Origin: an uncultured Candidatus Rokubacteria bacterium
GTDB taxonomy: Bacteria; Methylomirabilota; Methylomirabilia; Rokubacteriales; CSP1-6
Length of the DNA: 64,000 nucleotides
Reading direction: 5' to 3'
Assembly (NCBI GenBank): GCA_963789955.1
Contig: CAWBMV010000034.1
Span: forward strand, 352,001 to 416,000
Translations under genes and position numbers: made by a program
Notes under the pieces: model-generated
What the model saw: the letters and a program-made list of their open reading frames with translations, nothing else
Database searches by the model: none
What the model was told of the DNA's origin: nothing
Shown: piece after piece, positions 21,471 to 32,288 of the stretch
How the letters are laid out: each line of letters starts with the position of its first letter
Numbering within the stretch: the stretch's first letter is position 1

Positions 21471-22438
21471 GCTCGCTCCCGCACCACTTCGCCGAGGAGG
21501 CCCTTGGGCCGGAAGATCAGGATCAAGATCAGCATCGAGAAGGCGAGGATGTCCTTGTACTCGGCGCCGAACGCGCCGCCCGTGAGCAGGGACAAGTAGG
21601 CGGCCGCGAACGCCTCCAGGAGCCCGAGGACGAGCCCGCCGACCATGGCGCCGGGAATGTTCCCGATGCCGCCGAGCACCGCCGCGGTGAAGGCCTTCAG
21701 GCCGGGGATGAAGCCGCTGTACGGGTTGATCAGGCTGTACTGAACGCCGAACAGCACGCCCGCGGCACCGCCCATCGCCCCACCGATCAAGAACGTGAGC
21801 GAGATGATCCGATTGACATCGATGCCCATGAGGCTCGCCGCCGCCTGATCCTCGGCCACCGCACGGATCGCGGTACCGACCTTCGTGCGGTTCACGATCA
21901 GGTGGAGGGCCAGGAGCATCAGCAGCGCCCCGCTGATGACCACGAGCGACTTGACCGAGACGTCGATGTTCTCGGTGATCTCGAAGCGGAGGTTGAGAGC
22001 GTCCATCGTCGGATAGACGAGATTGAAGGCGTTTCGCCAGAGCGACTCGACGAGGCGGATGAGGTCCTGCAGGAAGAAGGAGATCCCGATCGCGGAGATC
22101 AACGGAATCAACCGGGGCGCACCGCGCAGCGGACGGTAGGCGATCCGCTCCACCGTGACGGCGAGCAGCCCGCTGGAGGCCATGCCGGCTACGAGGACCA
22201 GCAAGAGCACGAGCGGCCAGGGAAGACCGTCGAGGAGCCCGATGCTCTTCAGGCCGAGAAGGATCTCGACGCCGACGAAGGCGCCGAAGATGAAGATCTC
22301 GGAGTGCGCGAAGTTGATGAACTCGAGGACGCCGTAGACCATCGTGTAGCCGAGCGCGATGAGGGCGTACATGAAGCCGAGAGTGATGCCGTCGAGAAGT
22401 ACCTGTGGAAAGATCCCGATCAGAAGCTCGACGTCCAT
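21467..22438 (-). CDS. livH: Branched-chain amino acid ABC transporter permease
   Basis: YALIALGYTMVYG...INFAH, KAFTAAVLGGIG. Confidence 0.95.
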   Translation of the reverse strand: MDVELLIGIFPQVLLDGITLGFMYALIALGYTMVYGVLEFINFAHSEIFIFGAFVGVEILLGLKSIGLLDGLPWPLVLLLVLVAGMASSGLLAVTVERIAYRPLRGAPRLIPLISAIGISFFLQDLIRLVESLWRNAFNLVYPTMDALNLRFEITENIDVSVKSLVVISGALLMLLALHLIVNRTKVGTAIRAVAEDQAAASLMGIDVNRIISLTFLIGGAMGGAAGVLFGVQYSLINPYSGFIPGLKAFTAAVLGGIGNIPGAMVGGLVLGLLEAFAAAYLSLLTGGAFGAEYKDILAFSMLILILIFRPKGLLGEVVRERA

Positions 22439-22452
22439 GTTCTAGGCCGCAA

Positions 22453-22545
22453 AGTCGGAGGGGGCGGCCGGGCCGGGGTCCCCCGCAGAACCTGTGTTGT
22501 TTTCAGGTTTCGCGGGGGACCTCGGCCCGGCCGCCCCCTCCGACT
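22453..22545. repeat. Long inverted repeat (34-bp arms, one mismatch, plus an inner AACCTG/CAGGTT stem)
   Basis: AGTCGGAGGGGGCGGCCGGGCCGGGGTCCCCCGC ... GCGGGGGACCTCGGCCCGGCCGCCCCCTCCGACT between livK and livH. Confidence 0.9.
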
Positions 22546-22548
22546 ACG

Positions 22549-23754
22549 CTATTTCTTGGGGGCGGCAGGCGCGGCGATCGCCAGCTGCTTGACGATCTTG
22601 TTGGAGCCCCAGTTCGCCGGATCGTCGCTGGCGACCTGCAACACGAAGTACAGCGCCTTCTTGCGGTCGCCCTTGCCGTCGAACTCGATGTCGCCGGTGA
22701 TGCCGTTGGGCAGTTTGGTCTTGCGGACGGCCGTCGCGACGTCTTCGCGCGTCGGCATCTTGCCGCCCTTCGCCGCCGCCTCGATGCCCTTGAGGGCGAT
22801 CGTGGCCGCATCGTAGGCCTCGGCCGCATACGGCTCGGGATTCTTGCCGAACTTCTTCTTGAACTCGTCGACGAAGGCCTTGGCTCTCGGGAGCTCCGAG
22901 GCGGGGCCGGCCGCCGAGGTGTAATACATCCCGACCACGGCCTTGCCGGCGATCTTCGTCAGATCCGACGAGTCCATGCCGTCGGGACCGAAGAACTTGC
23001 CCTTGACGCCTTTCTCGCGGGCCTGTTTGAAGAACGGCGCCGCCTGGTCGTAGATGCCGCCGAAGTAGATCACGTCCGGGTTCTTCGCCTTCATCGGCGT
23101 GACGATCGGGTCGAAGTTCGACTTCTCCTCGGTGCCCTCGAAGCCGACGATCTTCAGGCCTTTCTTCTCGGCGTCGGCCTTGAAGAACTCGGCGACGCCC
23201 TGACCGTACGGCGTCTTGTCGTGGATGATGTAGACGGTCTTGGCCTTCATCGTGGCGTGCGCGAACTCGGAGCCGACGACGCCCTGGACGTCGTCACGCC
23301 CGCAGACGCGGTTCACGTTCGGGTAGCCGCGGTCGGTCACGACCGGGTTGGTGTTCGCGGGCGAGATCATCGCGAGCGAGACTTCCTTGTAGACCTCGGA
23401 GGACGGAATCGCGACGCCCGAGTTCAGGTGCCCGATGATCGCGAGGATGTCCTTGTCGGCGATGATGTTCTTGGCGTTCGCCACACCGACGTCGGGCTTG
23501 GCCTGGTCGTCGAAGGGCACGAGCTCGACCTTGAAGCCCTGCTTCTCGAGCGCGCCCTTGAATTTCTCGATGGCGAGCTGCGCGCCGAGCTTGATGCCCT
23601 CGCCGAGCGCCGCCTGACCGCCGCTGAGAGGACTCTGCGTGGCGATCTTGATGGTGCCCTTGCTACCTTGCGCCTCGAGATTCGAGGCCGGGAGTAGCCC
23701 CACGGCCAGAATGGCGGCGAGCGCAAGAACGAGAAAGCCCCTGTGACGGATCAT
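22549..23754 (-). CDS. livK: Branched-chain amino acid ABC transporter substrate-binding protein
   Basis: Signal peptide, SPLSG, GHLNSG, SPANTNP, RDDVQG; SD AAGGAGG upstream. Confidence 0.9.
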   Translation of the reverse strand: MIRHRGFLVLALAAILAVGLLPASNLEAQGSKGTIKIATQSPLSGGQAALGEGIKLGAQLAIEKFKGALEKQGFKVELVPFDDQAKPDVGVANAKNIIADKDILAIIGHLNSGVAIPSSEVYKEVSLAMISPANTNPVVTDRGYPNVNRVCGRDDVQGVVGSEFAHATMKAKTVYIIHDKTPYGQGVAEFFKADAEKKGLKIVGFEGTEEKSNFDPIVTPMKAKNPDVIYFGGIYDQAAPFFKQAREKGVKGKFFGPDGMDSSDLTKIAGKAVVGMYYTSAAGPASELPRAKAFVDEFKKKFGKNPEPYAAEAYDAATIALKGIEAAAKGGKMPTREDVATAVRKTKLPNGITGDIEFDGKGDRKKALYFVLQVASDDPANWGSNKIVKQLAIAAPAAPKK

Positions 23755-23822
23755 CGGTGCCCTCCTTAGACGATTAAGGCGCGATTTCGGTCACGTGACG
23801 AGTGCCGGTCGGCGCGGCGACA

Positions 23823-24467
23823 TTATAGCGACGCGCGCCGCGTCAAGTCACGTTCCGCGCGGATCGCCGCGACGAATTCGCGGGTCGCCGCGGCCGGATC
23901 GGAGGCTCCGCAGACCGCCGAGATCACCGCGACACCGTCGGCGCCGGCGCGAATCACCCGGGCCACGTTCGCGCGGGTGATTCCGCCGATCCCGACCAAG
24001 GGCGCCTTGGTCTCCGGCCGAACGGCCCGAAGCAGCTCAGGGCCCACGAGCTCGAAATCAGGCTTGGTTTGCGTCGGAAACATCGAGCCGACGGCGATGT
24101 AGTCGGCGCCGTCCGCCTGCGCCTGCCGGGCCTGAGCGACACTGTGGGTCGAGCGGCCCAGCACCATTCCCGGGCGCAGCAGGGGCCTGGCGGCGCGCGG
24201 GGGCAAGTCGTCCTGGCCGAGGTGAACGCCGTCGGCCTCGACGGCGACGGCCAGGTCGACCCGGTCGTTCACGATGAACGTGACGCCGGCCCGCCGGCAC
24301 CGGTCACGCAGCCGCTCGGCCAACGGCAAGAGGCGACCGGTGGGCCATTCCTTCTCGCGGAGCTGAATCATGCGGCAGCCGCCGGCGATCGTCGCGTCGA
24401 GGATCTCTTCGAGGTCGCGGCCGCGAGCGGCGGCTCGATCGAGGATGACGTACAGCGAGGGGTCCAT
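23823..24467 (-). CDS. thiE: Thiamine-phosphate synthase
   Basis: IQLREK, IVNDRVD, GVHLGQDD, STHS, PTQTK, IGGI. Confidence 0.95.
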   Translation of the reverse strand: MDPSLYVILDRAAARGRDLEEILDATIAGGCRMIQLREKEWPTGRLLPLAERLRDRCRRAGVTFIVNDRVDLAVAVEADGVHLGQDDLPPRAARPLLRPGMVLGRSTHSVAQARQAQADGADYIAVGSMFPTQTKPDFELVGPELLRAVRPETKAPLVGIGGITRANVARVIRAGADGVAVISAVCGASDPAAATREFVAAIRAERDLTRRASL

Positions 24468-25804
24468 CAGCCGCGGCGTCGGACCAGGTCGACCTTGCTG
24501 ACGCGGCCCTCCTGGAAGGCCGGGTCGTCCAGGACTCTCAGATGGAACGGAATCGAGGTCTTGACGCCTTCGAGCACCGTCTCGCGGAGGGCGCGGCGCA
24601 TCCGGTCGATCGCCTCCTCACGGCTGGCGCCCCGGACGATGATCTTGGCGAGCAGCGAGTCGTAGAACGGCGGGACGGCGTAGGGCGCCATCAAGTGGCT
24701 ATCGACGCGGACGTTGAAGCCACCGGGCGGCACCCACATCGTCACGCGGCCGGCGCTCGGGGCGAAGGTCTCGGGATCTTCGGCGTTGACGCGGCACTCC
24801 ATCGCGTGACCGTCGAACCGTACGGCGTCCTGTCGATAGCCGAGTGGCTCGCCGATCGCGATCCGGATCTGCTCGCGGACGAGATCGATCCCGGTGATCA
24901 TCTCGGTCACCGGATGCTCGACCTGGATCCTGGTGTTCATCTCGATGAAGTAGAAGTCGCCTTCTTCGTCGACCAGGAACTCGACCGTGCCCGCGCTGAC
25001 GTAGTTGACGGCCGCCGCCACGGTGAGCGCGGCCTTGCGCAGGCCGTCGCGCGTCCGGTCGGCCAGGAGCGGCGCGGGAGACTCCTCGATGAGCTTCTGG
25101 TGTCGCCGCTGGACCGAGCAGTCGCGCTCCCCGAGATGCACGCGCATGCCGTTGCGGTCGCCGAGCACCTGCACCTCGACGTGGCGCGCGTTCTGGATGT
25201 ACTTCTCGCAGTAGACCTCCGACGAGCCGAACGCCGCGCCGGCCTCGGACTGACAGGCGTCGAAGGCCTGCACGACCTCGCCCCGCTCCCTGACGATCCG
25301 CATCCCGCGACCACCGCCGCCGGCCGCCGCCTTGAACATGATCGGGTAGCCGATGCGATCGGACACCTCGAGCGCCTCGGCGGAGCCCTTGAGCGCCACC
25401 TCGCTGCCCGGGATCACCGGAACGCCCGCCTGCATCGCGATCTGACGCGCCTGCGCCTTGTCGCCCATCAGGCGGATCGCCTCGGGCGAGGGGCCGATGA
25501 ACGTGATCGAGCACGCCCGGCACACCTCGGCGAAGGCTGGGTTCTCGGCGAGAAATCCGTAGCCCGGGTGGATGGCCTCGCTGTCGGTGACGGCGGCGGC
25601 TGAAATGATCGCGGGGATGTTGAGGTAGCTCTCTCGCGCCGAGTCGGGCCCGACGCAGATCGTCTCGTCGGCCAGCCGCATCGGCAACGAATGGGCGTCG
25701 GCCTTCGAGTGGGCGAGCACCGAGCGGATCCCGAGCTCGCGGCACGTGCGGATGATCCGCAGCGCGATCTCACCCCGGTTCGCGATCAGGATCTTGTGGA
25801 ACAC
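24467..25804 (-). CDS. accC: Acetyl-CoA carboxylase biotin carboxylase
   Basis: KILIANRGEIA, HPGYGFLAEN, GGGGRGM, EMNTRIQVEHP. Confidence 0.95.
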   Translation of the reverse strand: MFHKILIANRGEIALRIIRTCRELGIRSVLAHSKADAHSLPMRLADETICVGPDSARESYLNIPAIISAAAVTDSEAIHPGYGFLAENPAFAEVCRACSITFIGPSPEAIRLMGDKAQARQIAMQAGVPVIPGSEVALKGSAEALEVSDRIGYPIMFKAAAGGGGRGMRIVRERGEVVQAFDACQSEAGAAFGSSEVYCEKYIQNARHVEVQVLGDRNGMRVHLGERDCSVQRRHQKLIEESPAPLLADRTRDGLRKAALTVAAAVNYVSAGTVEFLVDEEGDFYFIEMNTRIQVEHPVTEMITGIDLVREQIRIAIGEPLGYRQDAVRFDGHAMECRVNAEDPETFAPSAGRVTMWVPPGGFNVRVDSHLMAPYAVPPFYDSLLAKIIVRGASREEAIDRMRRALRETVLEGVKTSIPFHLRVLDDPAFQEGRVSKVDLVRRRG

Positions 25805-25807
25805 GGG

Positions 25808-27092
25808 TCAGCCGCCGAGGACCCGCCGCCACTGGGACTCGAGCTCGGTCAGGCGCAGCCCGTAGACGCGCGGCATCGCCTCGGCCATGGTCTCGCCGGC
25901 GCCGAGCCGGGCCAGGAGCTCGCGCAGCGGGTCGATCCCGCCGCGGTCGAGGAGATCGCGGACGATCCAGAGCGCGATGTCGTAGCCGGCGCGCGCGCGG
26001 AGGGGATCGGAGTCGCCGGCCAGCGCCTCGACGCCGGCGAGCGTGAGACCGGCCGGAGCCCGGAGGATCGGGTCCGACGTCGCGCCCTCGAGGACCTGAG
26101 CCAGCCCTTCGTGGAGCCAACGAGGCGCGCGGCCCCGCGCCAGCTCGTGAATCGCGGCGTGGGCGTACTCGTGGACCACCAGGCGCTCCAGCTCGTGAGC
26201 CGGCGGGCTGACGCGGCCGACCGGGAGTCGGATCTTCCCGTCGAAGAGCCCGGTCGCCCATGCGTGGACGCGCGTGACGTCGCGGAACTCGCGATACTCG
26301 TACAGCACGACCGTCGTCCGCTGTTGCGGGACGTACGCGAGCGTCCGGCCGACGCGCGCGGCCGCCGCCTCGAGCTGCGCGACGAGCTCACGCCGGACGT
26401 CCGCGTCGAGGGTCTCGCGGTATTTCACGACGAAGCGCGGCGTGATCTCGCGCCGGAAGCCCGCCTCGGCGCGCCACTCCCGCTCGACCTTGTCGAGCAA
26501 TCGGCGCGCGGGCTCGTTGGTCGGCTCGTGCTCGAGCACCGACTTGAGATTGACGACGGCCTGCGCCGGGTTGTCGCGGCGGTCATGCAGATGCGCGAGC
26601 AAGAGCCGGACCTCCGGATCGTACTCCACTCGGGCGGCTCTCTCGAGCGGCGCGAGCGCGTCGTCGGGGCGACCGGCGTGGACCGCGGCGACCCCGAGCC
26701 CTTTCAGGAGCGCCGGATCGTCCGGTGTCTCGGTCAGGCCCTTGGTGAACAGCACGACCGCCTCGTCCGGTCGTCCCTCGCGGAGCTCGTGCCAGCCCCA
26801 GCCCTCGAAGCAGCGGACCACGTCCTGACGTCGCGCCACACTCGCCGGATCGTCCGCGGCGGCGAGGCCGAACTTCTCGCACGCGCGCGGAAATTGCCCG
26901 GTCGCGTACAGCCGGATGGCCTCCTCGGTGACCGCCTGCGCGTCGTGCGCACGAAGGGACGCGAACACGACGGTCCGCTCGGCGCCGCCCCGCTCGTACC
27001 GCCGACCTTCGCGCCAGCCGAGCAGCAGCGCGGCGCCGCCGAGCAGCAGCGCGGCGAGGACGAGCAGGCGGAGGTCGACGGAAGAGGGGCAC
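25808..27092 (-). CDS. Membrane-anchored TPR protein with a zinc peptidase (peptidase MA-like) domain; start uncertain
   Basis: In-frame hydrophobic segment upstream of 26968, TPR-like helices, then HEYAH (HExxH) and PRWLHEGLA. Confidence 0.75.
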
Positions 27093-27100
27093 GCCTGGGC

Positions 27101-27577
27101 TCAGCGCGCGGGATCGATCAGGAACAGAGATTGGCCGAACTCGACCGGGTGCGCGTTCTCGACGAAAATTTTGACGACCCGCCCGGCCACCTTGGACTCG
27201 ATCTCGTTCATGAGCTTCATCGCTTCGATGATGCAGAGGATCTGGCCTTCCTTCACGAGATCGCCTTCGCTGACGTAGGGATCCGCCGTCGGCGAGGACG
27301 CGCGATAGAAGGTTCCGACCATCGGCGCTTCGATCGTCACGCCCGAGGCGGACTCGATCTCGGCGGCGGCCGGCCGCTCGACGGACGCCACGACGGGCGC
27401 GGCGGCGACGACGGGCGGCGCGGACGCGGCCCCCCCGCGCTGCAGGCGCACGCGAACATCACCGACGGTCACGTCGATCTCGGAGAGACCGAGCTCGGTC
27501 AGCAGGGTGCCGAGCTTGCGCGCGAGCTCGACCGGCGCGCCCTCGCCCCCGCCGGGTTGGCGGCGCCGCTTCGCCAT
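27101..27577 (-). CDS. accB: Biotin carboxyl carrier protein
   Basis: APMVGTFY, IEAMKLMNEI. Confidence 0.95.
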   Translation of the reverse strand: MAKRRRQPGGGEGAPVELARKLGTLLTELGLSEIDVTVGDVRVRLQRGGAASAPPVVAAAPVVASVERPAAAEIESASGVTIEAPMVGTFYRASSPTADPYVSEGDLVKEGQILCIIEAMKLMNEIESKVAGRVVKIFVENAHPVEFGQSLFLIDPAR

Positions 27578-28149
27578 CAGGCACCCGCCGTGGCGACGCG
27601 GCCGAGATACTCGCCGGTCCGGGTGTCCACCTTGACCACGTCGCCCTCGCTCAGGAAGAGCGGTACCTGGACGACCGCGCCCGTCTCGAGCGTCGCGGGC
27701 TTCGTCCCGCCCTGGGCGGTGTCGCCGCGGACGCCGGGATCGGTGCGGGCGATCGCGAGCTCGACGAAGTTGGGGAGCTCGACCGCCGTCGGCGAGCCGG
27801 CGATGTAGAGCACGTCCACCTCGGTGTTCTCCCTCAGGTACTCACGCGCCTCGCCGACCTCGTCGGCCGAGAGCGAGAGCTGCTCGTACGTCTCGGTGTC
27901 CATGAAGTTGTAGCGATCGTCCTTGTAGAGGAACTGCATGTGCTTTTCTTCGAAGTCGACCAGCTCGACCTTCTCGCCCGATCGGAACGTGTTGTCGATG
28001 ACCTTGCCGAGCTTCATGTGCTTGAGCTTCGTCCGGACGAACGCGCCGCCCTTGCCCGGCTTCACGTGCTGAAAGTCGACGATCGTGTAGGGGTTGCCGT
28101 CGAAGACGATCCGGAGCCCCTTCTTGAACTCGGCCGTTGACACCTGCAT
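27577..28149 (-). CDS. efp: Elongation factor P
   Basis: FQHVKPGKGGAFVRTK, PGVRGDTA, KVDTRTGEY. Confidence 0.97.
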   Translation of the reverse strand: MQVSTAEFKKGLRIVFDGNPYTIVDFQHVKPGKGGAFVRTKLKHMKLGKVIDNTFRSGEKVELVDFEEKHMQFLYKDDRYNFMDTETYEQLSLSADEVGEAREYLRENTEVDVLYIAGSPTAVELPNFVELAIARTDPGVRGDTAQGGTKPATLETGAVVQVPLFLSEGDVVKVDTRTGEYLGRVATAGA

Positions 28150-28154
28150 CGAAC

Positions 28155-28784
28155 CTAGCCTTTCCGTCTTTGACGCGCGCGGAGCGCAGTCTCGAGCCGG
28201 TCCCGCGCCTCTCGATGATCCGGATTCTTTCGGAGGATCCGGGTAAAGATCTGCGCGGCCTCCTCGACGCATCCCTGCTCGAGGCAGAGCGCGCCAAAGG
28301 TGACCGTCGCGAACGTGTCGTCGGTCAGCACCCGCGCGAGCCCGGTGGCCTCGCCGGACGGCGGCGCCGCCGCGCGCAGCAGCGAGAGCAGCCCCTGCGA
28401 TTCGCGGTCGCTCGGATCGAGGGCGACGGCTGCTTCGAGGTGCCGCACGGCCTCGTCGATGTGGCCCAGCCGTCGCTGGATCTCCGCCGCCAGGCGATGA
28501 CACTGAACGTCCTTCGGACTCATCTCGAGAATCGCCTCGAGCTCGACCTGCGCCGGGGCGAGCTGGCCGTCGGCCACGAGCGCCTTGGCCAGGATCAGCC
28601 GAGCCGTCGTGTAGTGCGGATAGCGCGTGAGCCCGTTGCGACAGAGCGCGATCGCGTCGCGCGTCCGTCCGGCCTTGCGATAGAGGTCGGCGAGCTGCGC
28701 GAAGGCGAGGGAAGCGGGATCCCGCGCCAGCCGCTCCTCTTGCCGGCGGATGGCGCCGACGATCGTCTGATCATCCCCGGGCAT
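28155..28784 (-). CDS. Tetratricopeptide repeat protein
   Basis: DPASLAFAQLADLYRKAG and further TPR-type helices; lies between aroB and efp. Confidence 0.75.
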   Translation of the reverse strand: MPGDDQTIVGAIRRQEERLARDPASLAFAQLADLYRKAGRTRDAIALCRNGLTRYPHYTTARLILAKALVADGQLAPAQVELEAILEMSPKDVQCHRLAAEIQRRLGHIDEAVRHLEAAVALDPSDRESQGLLSLLRAAAPPSGEATGLARVLTDDTFATVTFGALCLEQGCVEEAAQIFTRILRKNPDHREARDRLETALRARQRRKG

Positions 28785-28837
28785 CCCAGCCTGGTTATAC
28801 GGAGCGCAAGTTTCCATTGTCAACCCTGCCTCGTGGG

Positions 28838-29920
28838 TCACGACGCGAGGGAGGCGATCGCCGCGCGGATTTCGGTGGTGGGCACGTCGTAGACGATGCG
28901 GAATGCGCCGATCTGGGGCGCCAGCACGAACGGGACCCGTCCGTCCTTCGCCTTCTTGTCGCGCGCCATCGCCGACACGACGGGCTCGACCTCGATCGCC
29001 GGGGCCCGGACCGGAAGCCCGAGCGTCTCCAGCATGCGCTGCTGTCGCATGGTCGTCTCGTCGTCGGCGATGCCGAGCCGTCGGGCGAGTCGCGCCTCGG
29101 CGACCATCCCCAGGGCGACCGCTTCACCGTGGGCGTAGCGCGCATATCCGGTCGAGGCTTCCAGCGCGTGCCCGATCGTGTGGCCGTAGTTCAATACGTG
29201 GCGAAGCTCGGCCTCGCGCTCGTCGCGCTCGATGACCGACGCCTTGAGTCGGCAGGAGCCCGCGATGATTCGCTCGAGCACGCCGAGATCGCGTGCCGCC
29301 AGCGGGGCCAGGTCGCGCTCGAGCTCGGCGAAGTAGTCGGCGTCCAGGACGATCCCGTGCTTGACGATCTCCGCGAGCCCTGAGCGAAACTCGCGCTCCG
29401 GCAACGTACGCGCGACAGCGGGATCGACCACGACGAGCCGGGGTTGATGGAAGGCCCCGATCATGTTTTTGCCGAGTGGATGGTCGATCGCCGTCTTGCC
29501 TCCGATGGAGGCATCGACCTGGGCCAGCACCGTCGTCGGGAGCTGCACGAAGTTGATCCCGCGCATGTAGGTCGCGGCGGCGAAGCCGGCCACGTCCCCC
29601 ACCGCGCCGCCACCGAGCGCCAGCACCGTCGAGGTCCGGTCGAGGCCTGCCGTCAGAAGCTCATCCCAGCAGTGCCGCGCGACGTCGAGGGTCTTCGCGG
29701 ATTCGCCTTCCGGGACGTCGATCGGGGTGACGTTGAAGCCGGCCGCCTCGAGGCTCGCGACGACGGTCTTACCGTACAGGCGCATGATGGCGGCGTCACT
29801 CACCAGCGCGGCGCGCGAGCCGAGGCGCAGCTCACGCAGGCGCTCGCCGACGCTCTGGAGCGCGCCAGAGGCGACGACGATGCGATACGACCGGCTTCCG
29901 AGATTGACTTCGACGATCAT
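28838..29920 (-). CDS. aroB: 3-dehydroquinate synthase
   Basis: LGGGAVGD, PTTVLAQVDASIGGKT, LNYGHTIGHALE, HGEAV. Confidence 0.97.
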   Translation of the reverse strand: MIVEVNLGSRSYRIVVASGALQSVGERLRELRLGSRAALVSDAAIMRLYGKTVVASLEAAGFNVTPIDVPEGESAKTLDVARHCWDELLTAGLDRTSTVLALGGGAVGDVAGFAAATYMRGINFVQLPTTVLAQVDASIGGKTAIDHPLGKNMIGAFHQPRLVVVDPAVARTLPEREFRSGLAEIVKHGIVLDADYFAELERDLAPLAARDLGVLERIIAGSCRLKASVIERDEREAELRHVLNYGHTIGHALEASTGYARYAHGEAVALGMVAEARLARRLGIADDETTMRQQRMLETLGLPVRAPAIEVEPVVSAMARDKKAKDGRVPFVLAPQIGAFRIVYDVPTTEIRAAIASLAS

Positions 29921-30023
29921 CTGGATTTCCCGGCGTCTCGCCCCGAACGGGCGAAGAGCCGCCCAATCAGGCTACCAGGTTTTCAGGGTGGCGAGATAGG
30001 CCGTCGTCGTGCGGCCGCGAAGG

Positions 30024-30052
30024 CCTCACCGTGGGGTTCGCCCACGGTGAGG
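30024..30052 (-). terminator. Perfect 12-bp hairpin downstream of pilQ (terminator or RNA stabiliser)
   Basis: CCTCACCGTGGG-GTTCG-CCCACGGTGAGG; only a weak U-tract. Confidence 0.55.
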
Positions 30053-30077
30053 GAACCGAAACATCCCGCTCATGCGG

Positions 30078-32288
30078 CTACTTCTTCGGGCTCGGGGGCG
30101 TCGCTTGCGCCGTATCGACTTTCAGGACCGAGGGCGTGATGAACACGACGAGCTCGCGGCCCGTGGTCTGCGAGGCCGTCTGCTTGAACAGCCAGCCCAG
30201 GACTGGAATGTCGCCGAACAGCGGGATCTTCCGCGTCTCGTCCTGGTCGAGGTTCGTCGTCACGCCGCCGATGACGAGGCGTTCGCCTTCCTTGATGAGG
30301 ACCTCGGTCTGCGCCTTGCGCTTGTTGATGACCGGAGGGGCACCGGCGGTGGTCCCGAGGTTCACGGTCGTGTTGCTTCGCGAGTTGTTCTCGATCGTGA
30401 CCTTCATCTTGATCTTGGTGATGTCGCCTTCACGAATGACGGTCGGCACCACGTCGAGTCTGAGCACCGCTTCCTTGAACTGGATCTGCGTACCGGCGGA
30501 GCTGACGGTCGCGTACGGAATTTCCTCACCGAGCGAGATCGAGGCGGTCCCGTTCTCGACGGTCACGACTTCGGGGCGCGCGAGCGTCCGCGTCTTGCTG
30601 AGCAGCCGCAGCGCCTCGAGCGCGAGGTTGATGTTGTACCGGCTGCTGGTGAAGCCGAACGCGATACCACCCGCGCCGGCGGGCACCACGCCGCCACCGA
30701 GCACGGCGGCGATGGGGAGATTGACGAGGTTGCCGCCCAGCGGAAGGCCCGTCGTGCCGCTGACCGGAAGCGTGTTGGGGAAGCCCACCAGGGACGTTCG
30801 GGGGACCGAACACACCCGACATGGGAACGCCGCCCTGCACCCCGAGATTGTTACTGGTGTCGCTGGTGAACCCGCGCCCGACCAGAATCGAGTTCTGGTT
30901 GGCCTGGACGGCGCCGCCGCCGCCCCACTGGACGCCGATCGCGAAGAGGTCATCGCGATCGAGAATCTCCATCCGCGCCTCGATCTTCACCTGCGGGAGC
31001 GGGATGTCGAGCTTCTCGCGGATCAGCGTCTTGATGCGCTCGAGGTCCGCCTCGTAGTGGCGGATGAAGATGGAGTTCGTCGGCTTGTACGGCCGAATCG
31101 TGATGCCTTTCGCCAGGACCTCGGCGGTCGGCGAGGGAGGAGGCGGCTGCGGGATCTGGGGCGCGGTGCCGTAGAGTGCCGAGAACGGTGGCGCGGCGAT
31201 CGGCGGCATCCCCTCGCCGGTCGGCGCGATCTGAGCCTGAATACCGGTCGGGGGAATTCCCAGGATTCCCTGAAGGGTCCTGGCGACCTCGTCGGGATCG
31301 GCGTACGAGAGGCGGATGGTCTCTTCGCGGAGGGGCCCGCGAGCTCTCAGCTCGGCCATCGCCGCGTCGGCGAGGCGCCGCTTGTCGATCGCCTCCTGCT
31401 CCTTGAGCTGCGCCTCCGCGATCTTCGTGCGCACGTCGCTTTCCGCCTTCATGCGCGCTTCTTCGACTCGAGCGGCGGACTCGCGCTCCTTGATCAACTG
31501 CTCGTTGGAGACGATGCGCATCACCCCGTCCTTCTCGATCTTGCGAAGGCCACGCGTCTCGAGGACGGTGTCGAGGGCGAGGTCCCAGGGAACGTTCTTC
31601 AGGGTGATCGACATCTTGCCCTTGACGTCGTCGCCGATGACGACGTTCTTGTTGCTCTCGGCGGCCAGGATGCGGAGCAGGTTCACGACGTCCGCGTCCT
31701 TGAAGTCGAACGAGATCAGCCGCTGCCCGTTGGTCGGAGCCGGCGCGGGCGCCGCCGGCGCGGCCGGTGCGGCCTGGGCCAACTGGACGGGTGGCGGGGC
31801 GATCGCCGGCGACGCATCCTGCGGCACCGGCACCGCCGGCATCGCGGGGCCGTTCCCGACCGCCGCCGTCGCGGGCGGCGCGGCAGTCGGAATGACGATC
31901 GCGAGACCGTCGGACTCTTCGCGGATCGCGTAGCCAACGGAGCGGCTCAGGTCCAGTACGACCCGGGCGACGCCCTGACGGTACTGACTGCCGCGGACCT
32001 GCTTGACCGGATCCTTGCCGACGTTCAGCGGCGTCTTGCGCCACGCGTAGACCGTGTTCTCGAGATCGATGACGAGCCGGCTGGGCGAGTCCACCAGATC
32101 GGCCTTGTATTGCGCCTCGCGCGACGTCTTCACGAACACGGTGACGGAGTCCGAATGCGGCGTCACCGTGACATCGCTGAGCCGCACTGCGTCGTTCTGG
32201 GCCCAGGCACCGTACTCGTCGAAGCCAGCAAGGTCAGCGCGAGGCTCACCACGACCGGCACGATGGGGATCCGTCTGTCAGCGTTCAT
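30078..32288 (-). CDS. pilQ: Type IV pilus secretin with AMIN domain (frameshifts near 32210 and 30810)
   Basis: AMIN (SPSRLVIDL), ISFDFKDAD, LKNVPWDLAL, QVKIEAR, KIPLFGDIPVLGWLF, ELVVFITP. Confidence 0.9.

Noticed and set aside
29921..30077. tRNA or ncRNA between pilQ and aroB
   Set aside because: The region has a GTTCG-loop hairpin but no cloverleaf, so I treated it as a terminator-like hairpin.
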